Notes: a model not told the origin generated them from the letters alone. 53,017 nt of DNA from an uncultured Candidatus Saccharibacteria bacterium (GCA_964584545.1 CAZPAG010000002.1:1-53017), one strand, 5' to 3'. Shown: positions 25,498 to 32,903, counted from the first letter of the stretch. Numbers and translations: made by a program.

Positions 25498-25527
25498 CTT
25501 TTTTACGCCTTAATTTATAAATATAGC

Positions 25528-25550
25528 TTGTTGAGGTCAATCCTCAACAA
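25528..25550. repeat. island hairpin H2
   Basis: TTGTTGAGG-tcaat-CCTCAACAA. Confidence 0.6.
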
Positions 25551-25687
25551 ATCTACAACGAATCTATTACTCTTATAAACTAAGGAGTAAAGGAGATGGA
25601 TGAATGCGTAGATTTTATTTCCACCCATCTCCTATAATGGACGAGATTTTTATAGCGGTGCTCATCCCACCGCTTCTCCCGAGGGTT

Positions 25688-25816
25688 TTAATTATCTTCT
25701 GGAGATTTTTTCCCCGCATCTTCTGCTGACTGACATACGGTGCCAGTTACCCCAGGGCAGAAGACCGGATTGGATCTTCGCCAGAAAACTGGCAGAACCT
25801 CTTTAAAATTTTCCAT
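25688..25816 (-). CDS. hypothetical 42-aa Cys-containing peptide
   Basis: GAGGAGG lies 8 nt upstream of ATG 25816. MENFKEVLPVFWRRSNPVFCPGVTGTVCQSAEDAGKKSPEDN. The longer ORF-track start is rejected. Confidence 0.45.
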   Translation of the reverse strand: MENFKEVLPVFWRRSNPVFCPGVTGTVCQSAEDAGKKSPEDN

Positions 25817-25991
25817 CTTATTTACCTCCTCAGAGACGATAGCACTCTCTGGTCTCTGAGAAGGTAAAATATTACTTAAAGAACTTTTTGAATTTCCCAT
25901 CTTTCAGCTCACAATCTCTTATGAGCTGGAATATAGGGGGAAGAGTCAAACTTCTCCCCGTTATGCTCCCGGTTTTACCCGGGAACCTGAT

Positions 25992-26099
25992 TTAGATGAT
26001 AGTGATGATACCCATCACGATAAGCATTGACGCAGTGAACATGATTCCAGTGACTGCCAGTCCAAACGCGCAGAATCCCGTGATAAGATTGTTTTTCAT
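25992..26099 (-). CDS. possible 35-aa hydrophobic membrane peptide
   Basis: MKNNLITGFCAFGLAVTGIMFTASMLIVMGIITII. GGGAG lies 4 nt upstream of the ATG. It sits at the end of a roughly 145-nt structured leader from a near-consensus promoter. Confidence 0.4.
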   Translation of the reverse strand: MKNNLITGFCAFGLAVTGIMFTASMLIVMGIITII

Positions 26100-26140
26100 T
26101 AAACTCCCTCTTTTTAATAAAATGTGCTTATATAAAGCCG

Positions 26141-26169
26141 AAAAGGCAACTCCCTTGGAGAGAGTTGCC
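26141..26169 (-). terminator. attenuator-like terminator hairpin inside the leader
   Basis: Minus sense reads GGCAACTCTC-TCCAA-GGGAGTTGCC followed by TTTTCGGCTTT. Confidence 0.5.
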
Positions 26170-26187
26170 TAACGGCATATATTTCTT

Positions 26188-26231
26188 GAAAATATCGATA
26201 TCTTCTCTCCTGTTAAAATATCGACATTTTC
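26188..26231. promoter_or_regulatory. two 18-bp near-palindromic operator-like sites
   Basis: GAAAATATCGATATCTTC (26188-26205) and TAAAATATCGACATTTTC (26214-26231). They share 15/18 positions, their centres are 26 bp apart, and they lie downstream of the -10 element. Confidence 0.5.
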
Positions 26232-26251
26232 TCTCTCTCCTCTATGCCCGT

Positions 26252-26279
26252 ATTATAGCATATATCAAAGATTTGTCAA
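26252..26279 (-). promoter_or_regulatory. near-consensus sigma70 promoter with extended -10
   Basis: Minus sense reads TTGACA - 16 nt (ending in TGC) - TATAAT. Confidence 0.6.
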
Positions 26280-26292
26280 GTATTTAGAACAT

Positions 26293-26323
26293 AAAAACGA
26301 AATCCCGCGGTTTTAGCGCGAAA
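26293..26323 (-). terminator. terminator candidate after rpsP
   Basis: Minus sense reads TTTCGCG-CTAAAAC-CGCGGGA, then TTTCGTTTTT. Confidence 0.45.
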
Positions 26324-26348
26324 TCCATAAAACGAGATCTAATTTGGC

Positions 26349-26777
26349 CTATTTCGGTTCTTCAGCCTTAACCTCTTCGCTTTTTACCTCCTCTGCCGGC
26401 TTTGCTTCCTCGGGAGTCGCTTCAATTTTTACCTCTTCTTCCGGTTTTTCCTCTACAGGCTTAGCTGCCACCGGAGCTGCTTCAACCGGCTTTGCTTCTG
26501 CTTTCTTCTTTGATTTCTTTTGTTTTGGTATCTTTTTCCCCTCAACTATTTTCTCTGAAACCAATAAATTAAAAACCGTGGGAGAAGGTTTAGCTCCAAC
26601 TGACATCCAGTATTTAATTCTGTCCTGCTTCAAAACCTTTTCTTTTGTGGTGGGATTCCAAAAACCAACCTCTTCCGTAAAGCGGCCCGCTCTTGTCGGA
26701 TTTCTTTTATCAGCAACAACTATTTTGAAAGAAGGCTGATTTGTTTTACCTACGCGAAAAAATCTGATTACTAACAT
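26349..26777 (-). CDS. rpsP: ribosomal protein S16 with Lys/Glu/Ala/Pro-rich C-terminal tail
   Basis: MLVIRFFRVGKTNQPSFKIVVADKRNPTRAGRFTEEVGFWNP. Confidence 0.95.
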   Translation of the reverse strand: MLVIRFFRVGKTNQPSFKIVVADKRNPTRAGRFTEEVGFWNPTTKEKVLKQDRIKYWMSVGAKPSPTVFNLLVSEKIVEGKKIPKQKKSKKKAEAKPVEAAPVAAKPVEEKPEEEVKIEATPEEAKPAEEVKSEEVKAEEPK

Positions 26778-27050
26778 GCGAATGTAATGAGCACCCCGCC
26801 CTCTAAGCTATAATTCTTTTCTTGAGGGCACGCCAGGCGCTCCCATAATATTTTAATTTTCTTTCTCTCGACCTTGCTAATTTCTCTAAGGAATAAGATT
26901 CGTAATAAACTATTTGAAATTTATTCTTAGATTTATGTTGTTTTATTCTTTTTACTAAGTCTTTGGTGCATCCAATATAAAATTCATTATTCCTTTCCAG
27001 TTTTAAAATGTAGACATAATACATAGCTGCATAGAGGGCGGGGGTTTTCG
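26778..27050 (-). mobile_element. family-2 element, full-length copy: GIY-YIG ORF framed by inverted repeats
   Basis: Arms gcaccccgccctctaagc (26791-26808) and gcatagagggcggggg (27029-44). The same flanks occur in the 73-nt copy at 23578-23650. Confidence 0.7.
26803..27024 (-). CDS. GIY-YIG nuclease family protein (73 aa)
   Basis: MYYVYILKLERNNEFYIGCTKDLVKRIKQH...RERKLK carries the GIY / YIG / R..H / E pattern. The start is moved to ATG 27024. The TAG stop lies inside the inverted repeat. Confidence 0.8.
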   Translation of the reverse strand: MYYVYILKLERNNEFYIGCTKDLVKRIKQHKSKNKFQIVYYESYSLEKLARSRERKLKYYGSAWRALKKRIIA

Positions 27051-27067
27051 CCTGTCGGCTCAAAATT

Positions 27068-27757
27068 TTACCATCCTTTTGTTTTTAATGCATTCTTGGC
27101 TGCTTCGACTTCTCCTTCCTGCTTTGAAGAGCCCTCTCCTTTAGCTATTAACGTTTTACCAAGAAATACGCCGATAATGAAGTTTTTGGCATGATCCGGC
27201 CCCCATTCTTCCAAAACCTGGTAAGTGGGGGTTATCCCTACTCTTTCCTGGGCCTCTTCCTGAAAAGCGGATTTGGCATCTCTGAAAAGCCCGTTTTCAA
27301 TAATTTTAGGCAATTCTGACAATAAATATTTTTCAATGAATTTCTGGCATTCTTTTATTCCTCTGTCCAGATACAGAGAGCCGATAAAAGCCTCTATAGT
27401 GTTGGCCAGGATATATTGGCGGGATTTGCCGGTTTCTTTCATCTCTCCTTTGGAAAGAAGCAAGAAATCGTTAAAGCCCGCTCCCTTTGCCACTTCGGCC
27501 AGCATTCTGGCGTTAACCAAGGCCGCTCTCCAGTTAGTTAACTCCCCTTCTGACTTATCGGGATATTTCTGATAAAGATACTGAGTAACTGCTAATTCCA
27601 GAACCGCGTCTCCCAAGAATTCCAACCTTTCGTTATTCTTTAAGTAAAAACCCGGATTCTCGTTCAGATAAGACCTGTGGCAAAAAGCCTGTATAAGCAA
27701 ATCTTTCTTTTTAAACTTTACTCCTAATTTTTTTTCTAATTTAGAAAAATCTATCAT
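27068..27757 (-). CDS. rnc: ribonuclease III
   Basis: NERLEFLGDAVLEL signature and a C-terminal dsRBD (...GEGSSKQEGEVEAAKNAL). Confidence 0.95.
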   Translation of the reverse strand: MIDFSKLEKKLGVKFKKKDLLIQAFCHRSYLNENPGFYLKNNERLEFLGDAVLELAVTQYLYQKYPDKSEGELTNWRAALVNARMLAEVAKGAGFNDFLLLSKGEMKETGKSRQYILANTIEAFIGSLYLDRGIKECQKFIEKYLLSELPKIIENGLFRDAKSAFQEEAQERVGITPTYQVLEEWGPDHAKNFIIGVFLGKTLIAKGEGSSKQEGEVEAAKNALKTKGW

Positions 27758-27796
27758 AATTTGAACACCAGTGAAAATTATATAGCCCTAACGAAG

Positions 27797-28231
27797 CTAT
27801 GGTTTATATTGTTTTTTCTCAATTTCCTTGTATACCGTCCCTAAAACTCCGTTTATGAACTTACCAGAGCTTTCCCCTCCGAAAGACTTTCCCAGTTCAA
27901 TAGCTTCGTTAATGGCTACTTTAGGAGGTACGGCTTCTTTATCTCCGTATATCAATTCGTACAGCCCTATTCTTAAAACATTCCTATCAACAATGCTTAT
28001 CTGGTCTAAGGGCCATTCGGGGGCCGACGTCTCAATAATCTTGTCTATGGATAAAAGATGTTCTACCGTGCCTGTCACCAGCTGCCAGACAAAACTCGGA
28101 TCTTCCAGACCGGGACCGAACTCCTTAAGGTTCTTCTCTACGGTCTTTTCTAAATCAACTTTTTTGCCGGAGAAATCCCATTCATATAGGCTTTGCATTG
28201 CGATTGAACGCGATAAATGCCTTGATGACAT
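27797..28231 (-). CDS. nusB: transcription antitermination factor NusB
   Basis: [18 protein letters not shown]...[12 protein letters not shown]...[26 protein letters not shown]. Confidence 0.9.
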   Translation of the reverse strand: MSSRHLSRSIAMQSLYEWDFSGKKVDLEKTVEKNLKEFGPGLEDPSFVWQLVTGTVEHLLSIDKIIETSAPEWPLDQISIVDRNVLRIGLYELIYGDKEAVPPKVAINEAIELGKSFGGESSGKFINGVLGTVYKEIEKKQYKP

Positions 28232-28242
28232 ATATTATGAAA

Positions 28243-28527
28243 TTACTTCTTTGATAACCCTTCGAAGCTTAGGCCTTTTTCTTTTTTTGACTCTGCTTCG
28301 TTCTGGGCTATCTCCTTTTGTTTTAACTTCTTTTCCTTCTTAGTCAGCTTTTTCAAAACATCAATCACTTCAACTCCTTTATAATACCCGCAGTTTTGAC
28401 AGATGATATGGGGCATAATGAAATGGCCGCATTTCTGGCATTTAACCAAATTCGGCTTCTTGATAAAAATATGCATTCTCCTGTTATCCCTTCTCCCGCT
28501 GGTTTTCCGTTGTTTTGGAACTGACAT
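28243..28527 (-). CDS. rpmF: ribosomal protein L32 with Lys-rich C-terminal tail
   Basis: MSVPKQRKTSGRRDNRRMH...CQKCGHFIMPHIICQNCGYYKG. Confidence 0.9.
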   Translation of the reverse strand: MSVPKQRKTSGRRDNRRMHIFIKKPNLVKCQKCGHFIMPHIICQNCGYYKGVEVIDVLKKLTKKEKKLKQKEIAQNEAESKKEKGLSFEGLSKK

Positions 28528-28570
28528 AGTTTTTTAATAGTAGCAGATATATAAAAATATTTCAATACTC

Positions 28571-28595
28571 AAAATAAAATGCGGGACAAACCCGC
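28571..28595 (-). terminator. intrinsic terminator after the 28627-28965 gene
   Basis: Minus sense reads GCGGG-TTTGT-CCCGC followed by ATTTTATTTT. Confidence 0.55.
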
Positions 28596-28626
28596 TCAAT
28601 GGCCAAGGCCTTTAACGGATAATCTA

Positions 28627-28965
28627 TCAGCCAAGCCCCCTCAAAACGTTGATGACAATATATATCAAAGCCTTGGCTAAAAACACCGCGGCTAATCCTA
28701 CTAAAGTATAAATAATTATCTTTTTTCCTGTTTCGGCCTGCTCCGGATTCTGACCGGCGGCAGCTAAAACAACAGCCCCTATTACTATCAAAAGAGGACC
28801 TATGCCCAGAGAGATATAGAAAATAAAGCTTACTATCTTGTCTATGGCAGTTTTCAGAATATCCGAATTCAAAGGATTGTTGAAAGTTATTTCAAAAGCA
28901 GAAACAAAAATAGGCAAAATCAGCGATACAAAAATTAAAACGAATAAAATCTTTTTCATAAACAT
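28627..28965 (-). CDS. hypothetical membrane protein (signal peptide plus two TM helices; pilin/VirB2-like topology)
   Basis: 112-aa ORF. MFMKKILFVLIFVSLILPIFVSA, then two long hydrophobic helices. Confidence 0.5.
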   Translation of the reverse strand: MFMKKILFVLIFVSLILPIFVSAFEITFNNPLNSDILKTAIDKIVSFIFYISLGIGPLLIVIGAVVLAAAGQNPEQAETGKKIIIYTLVGLAAVFLAKALIYIVINVLRGLG

Positions 28966-28976
28966 ATTCTACCAGC

Positions 28977-29597
28977 TTATTTATGCAAAACAAAGCTTTT
29001 ACGATGGATTTTACAAGGGCCCTGCTTTTTTATCATCCTGTAATGTAGTTTTGTAGGGTAGCCTTTATGAAGATCGAATCTGTATTTGGGATATTTCTTG
29101 TGGAACTTAATCATTATTCTGTCCCTTTTGACCTTGGCCAAAATGGAAGCTGCAGCACAGGAAAAAACTTTCGAATCCCCTTTCACTATCAGTTTATGCT
29201 CCGTATTTTTCAATTTACGATTTTTGATATTGTTTCCATCGATTATTAAAAAATCAGGTTTCTTTTTCAATTTTATAATTGCTTTTTCCATGGCCAGCTC
29301 TGAAGCGTTTTTAATATTAATCCTGTCAATCACTTTTTCTGGAACTATACCTATCCCCCATTTTATTGCCCGATGGCTTGTTAAGATTTTATAAAACTCA
29401 TCCCGTTTTTTGGGAGATAATTTTTTAGAATCGTTTACTCCCAGAAATTTTAAATCAGAAACCGAGGATCTTTTAACTAAAACTGCCGCAGCCACCACGG
29501 GGCCGGCCAAAGGCCCTCTTCCTGCTTCGTCCAGGCCGATAACGTTTCTATATCCCCTGCCCCAACATTTTTTTTCTTCGCTGAAATTAGGCTTCAT
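28977..29597 (-). CDS. rnhB: ribonuclease HII
   Basis: VIGLDEAGRGPLAGPVVAAAV, DSKKLSPKKR, and IIDG...GDSKVFSCAAASILAKV. The start ATG 29597 is preferred over 29645. Confidence 0.9.
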   Translation of the reverse strand: MKPNFSEEKKCWGRGYRNVIGLDEAGRGPLAGPVVAAAVLVKRSSVSDLKFLGVNDSKKLSPKKRDEFYKILTSHRAIKWGIGIVPEKVIDRINIKNASELAMEKAIIKLKKKPDFLIIDGNNIKNRKLKNTEHKLIVKGDSKVFSCAAASILAKVKRDRIMIKFHKKYPKYRFDLHKGYPTKLHYRMIKKQGPCKIHRKSFVLHK

Positions 29598-29677
29598 TAG
29601 ATAATTATACCTTTCCCTTTTCTTTTTACAAAAAAGTGTATACAATGAGATAATCCATTAGGAGGGATTTTTATTGT

Positions 29678-32600
29678 ATGCCAAAATTTACCCACCTGCA
29701 TGTCCACTCCCATTACTCGCTTTTAGACGGCCTTCCCAAGATTGACGAACTTTTGGATTATGTCCAAAAACTGGGAATGGATTCTGTGGCTGTTACCGAC
29801 CACGGAGTTTTATACGGAGCAGTGGAATTATATAAGAAAGCAAAGGCAAAAGGGATAAAACCCATTTTTGGTTGCGAGGTATATATGGCTCTTGAGAGCA
29901 TGACCCAGGAAAGACCGAATATAGACCAAAAAAGATACCACTTGGTGCTCCTGGTTAAAAACGAGGAGGGATATAAGAATCTGGTAAAAATGGTCACCAA
30001 AGCCCACCTGGAAGGGTTTTACTACAAACCGAGAATAGACGAAGACCTTCTCAGACAACACAGCAAAGGGTTAATAGGGCTATCTGCCTGTATCCAGGGA
30101 AAGATCCCCCAGCTGATTATAGCCAAGAGATTAAAAGATGCTGAAGAATTAGCCAAAAAATACCAGGAGATTTTCGGCAAGGATAATTTTTATCTGGAGA
30201 TTCAAAGCCACCCCAATATAAAAGAGCAGAAAAACGTAAATGATGCTTTAATATCCATTTCCAAAAAAACAGGCATACCTCTGGTCGCCACCTGTGACAC
30301 CCATTATTTGAAACCAGACGATGCCGAAGCTCAGGATATTTTAATGCTTATCAACACCGGAGCAGACCCCAACGATCCAGAAAGGCTGACGATGAAAAAA
30401 GACGATTTCTCTCTGAAAAGCCCCGAAGAAATGGAAAGACTTTTTAAAAACACTCCCGAAGCCATAAAAAATACTCAAAAGATAAAAGACTCCTGCAATT
30501 TTGAGTTTGAACTCAAAAAAACAAAACTCCCCTACTTCCCGGTACCCGATAAAAAAACAGCTGATGATTATTTAAGAGAGCTTTGCTATTTACGACTCGG
30601 GGAAAGATATCCAAAAAAAGAAAAAGAGATAATTGACCGCTTGGAATTCGAACTTTCTGTCATAAAACAGACTGGCTTTGCCGGCTACTTTCTAATCGTC
30701 CAGGATTTTGTCCGTTGGGCAAAAGACAACAGGATTGTGGTAGGGCCCGGCAGAGGATCAGCCTCGGGGTCTTTAGCTTCTTATGTCCTTGGAATAACCA
30801 ACGTTGATCCTTTGAAATACAATCTTTTGTTTGAAAGGTTTTTGAACCCCGAAAGAGTGGCCGGTCTTCCTGATATTGATCTCGATTTTACCGACCGCAG
30901 GAGAGACGAGGTTATAAACTATGTAGCTAATAAATACGGCCGGGATAAAGTCGCCCAGATAATAACCTTTGGGACTATGGCTGCCAGAGCGGCAGTAAGG
31001 GATGTGGGACGGGCCATGTCCATGCCTTACAGCTTCTGCGATAAATTGGCTAAAATGATTCCCATGCAGTTTACTCTTGATCAAACTTTGAGCCAGGTAA
31101 AAGAATTCAAAGACGTTTACAAGCAGGATGAAAACGCAAAAAAGCTTATTGATCTGGCCAGAAAGCTTGAAGGCTGTGCCCGTCACGCCTCAACCCATGC
31201 CTGCGGAGTGGTGATTTCAAAAACTCCTTTGGACGAGATAGTTCCTCTCCAGCATCCCACCCAGGGAGACGAAAACATTGTCACCCAATACGAGATGCAT
31301 TCCATTGAAGACTTAGGGCTTTTGAAAATGGACTTTCTGGGATTAAAAAACCTGACAATCATTGAAGACACTTTAGCCAGGGTTTACGTGGTCAGGGGAG
31401 AAAAGATAGACATTGAGAAACTACCCCAAGACGACAAAGATACCTATAAGCTCCTGCAAGAAGGAAAGACAGCCGGCGTCTTCCAACTGGAAGGAGGAGG
31501 AATGACAAGATATCTGATGGAGCTGAAACCAACCGAGTTTGAAGACATTATAGCCATGGTCGCCCTTTTCAGACCAGGCCCCATGGAACTTATACCCGAA
31601 TATATTGCCAGGAAGCATAAAAAGAAAAGGGTTGAATATTTACACCCCAAATTAAAAACCATCCTTGAGAATACCTACGGCATTATGATTTACCAGGAAC
31701 AATTAATGCAGATAGCCAGAGAACTGGGAGGTTTTAGCATGGGAGAAGCTGATATCTTAAGGAAAGCCGTCGGTAAAAAGATAAAAGAACTGCTGCTGGA
31801 GCAAGAGGAAAAATTAGTTGCCGGAATGGCAAAAAATGAAATAAAAAAGGAAGTGGCTGAAAAAATATGGGAGTGGATCCTGCCTTTCGCCAGCTATGGA
31901 TTTAACAGAAGCCATGCTGCAGCTTACGCCACCATAGCCTACCAGACCGCCTATTTAAAAACCCACTACTCAGTTGAATTTATGGCCTCTCTTTTAACCT
32001 CGGAAAAGAATGACGTGGAAAGGATTGGATTTCTTATAGGAGAATGTAAAAAAATGGGAATAGAAGTTTTGCCACCCGACGTCAACGAAAGCTTGCAGAA
32101 CTTTACCGTGGTCCCGAAAGAGAATAAAATACGCTTCGGACTGACGGCGATAAAGAATGTCGGGGCAAACATCGTAGAAGCCATAGTCCACGAAAGAAAA
32201 GCCAACGGTCCCTACAAATCTCTCACTGACTTCATATCAAGAATAAACTCCAAGGATTTCAATAAAAAATCTTTTGAAAGCATGGTGAAATCCGGCGTCT
32301 TTGATAAGCTCGGAGAAAGGAACCAGCTTCTTCAAAATATGGAAAAGATCCTGGAATTTAACAGAGAGCATCAAAAAACCAAGTCAAACGGCCAAAAGAG
32401 CCTATTTGCAGAAACCGTCAGTTTCAATAATAATGAAATAAGGCTGGATGTCTCACCTCCCATATCCAAAATAGAGAGATTAAGCTGGGAAAAGGAACTG
32501 TTGGGATTATTTGTCACTTCCCATCCCTTAGAAGACTACAAGAAAATATTTGAAAGAAAAGTTTCTCCTTTAAGCGCTCTGCCTAGGGCAATGTCAGGAA

Positions 32601-32851
32601 CAAGAGTAAGAGCAGGCGGAATAATAGCCGGAATCAAAAAAATAATCACCAAAAAGGGCAGACCGATGATGTTTATGAATCTTGAGGATTTAACCGGCCG
32701 AACCGAAGTGGTCGTCTTCCCTTCAATCATTGAAAAGAATCCTGTCATATTCCAGGAAAATAAAATTGTATTTGTCGTAGGCAGAGTCGATCACCGCGAC
32801 AATGTTGCGAAAATAATCTGCGACGAAATAGAAGAAATAAAAGAAATTTGA
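29678..32851 (+). CDS. dnaE: DNA polymerase III alpha subunit
   Basis: PHP domain FTHLHVHSHYSLLDG, palm GPGRGSASGSLASYVLGIT..DP and LPDIDLDF, FRPGPM, and a C-terminal OB fold. Confidence 0.95.
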   Translation: MPKFTHLHVHSHYSLLDGLPKIDELLDYVQKLGMDSVAVTDHGVLYGAVELYKKAKAKGIKPIFGCEVYMALESMTQERPNIDQKRYHLVLLVKNEEGYKNLVKMVTKAHLEGFYYKPRIDEDLLRQHSKGLIGLSACIQGKIPQLIIAKRLKDAEELAKKYQEIFGKDNFYLEIQSHPNIKEQKNVNDALISISKKTGIPLVATCDTHYLKPDDAEAQDILMLINTGADPNDPERLTMKKDDFSLKSPEEMERLFKNTPEAIKNTQKIKDSCNFEFELKKTKLPYFPVPDKKTADDYLRELCYLRLGERYPKKEKEIIDRLEFELSVIKQTGFAGYFLIVQDFVRWAKDNRIVVGPGRGSASGSLASYVLGITNVDPLKYNLLFERFLNPERVAGLPDIDLDFTDRRRDEVINYVANKYGRDKVAQIITFGTMAARAAVRDVGRAMSMPYSFCDKLAKMIPMQFTLDQTLSQVKEFKDVYKQDENAKKLIDLARKLEGCARHASTHACGVVISKTPLDEIVPLQHPTQGDENIVTQYEMHSIEDLGLLKMDFLGLKNLTIIEDTLARVYVVRGEKIDIEKLPQDDKDTYKLLQEGKTAGVFQLEGGGMTRYLMELKPTEFEDIIAMVALFRPGPMELIPEYIARKHKKKRVEYLHPKLKTILENTYGIMIYQEQLMQIARELGGFSMGEADILRKAVGKKIKELLLEQEEKLVAGMAKNEIKKEVAEKIWEWILPFASYGFNRSHAAAYATIAYQTAYLKTHYSVEFMASLLTSEKNDVERIGFLIGECKKMGIEVLPPDVNESLQNFTVVPKENKIRFGLTAIKNVGANIVEAIVHERKANGPYKSLTDFISRINSKDFNKKSFESMVKSGVFDKLGERNQLLQNMEKILEFNREHQKTKSNGQKSLFAETVSFNNNEIRLDVSPPISKIERLSWEKELLGLFVTSHPLEDYKKIFERKVSPLSALPRAMSGTRVRAGGIIAGIKKIITKKGRPMMFMNLEDLTGRTEVVVFPSIIEKNPVIFQENKIVFVVGRVDHRDNVAKIICDEIEEIKEI

Positions 32852-32857
32852 AAAAAT

Positions 32858-32903
32858 ATGCATCCCGCGCGATTAAGATGATTTATGCGCGGGAGCCCTG
32901 TCT
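32858..32903 (+). repeat. family-1 element: GC hairpin plus GGGAGCCCTG box
   Basis: ATGCATCCCGCGC-16 nt-GCGCGGGAGCCCTGTCT, then 26 nt of A/T, then the ATG of thrS. Confidence 0.6.

Noticed and set aside
26344-26739. Plus-strand 131-aa Ser/Ala/Gly/Phe-rich ORF.
   Set aside because: It is antisense to rpsP and to its repetitive Lys/Glu tail.
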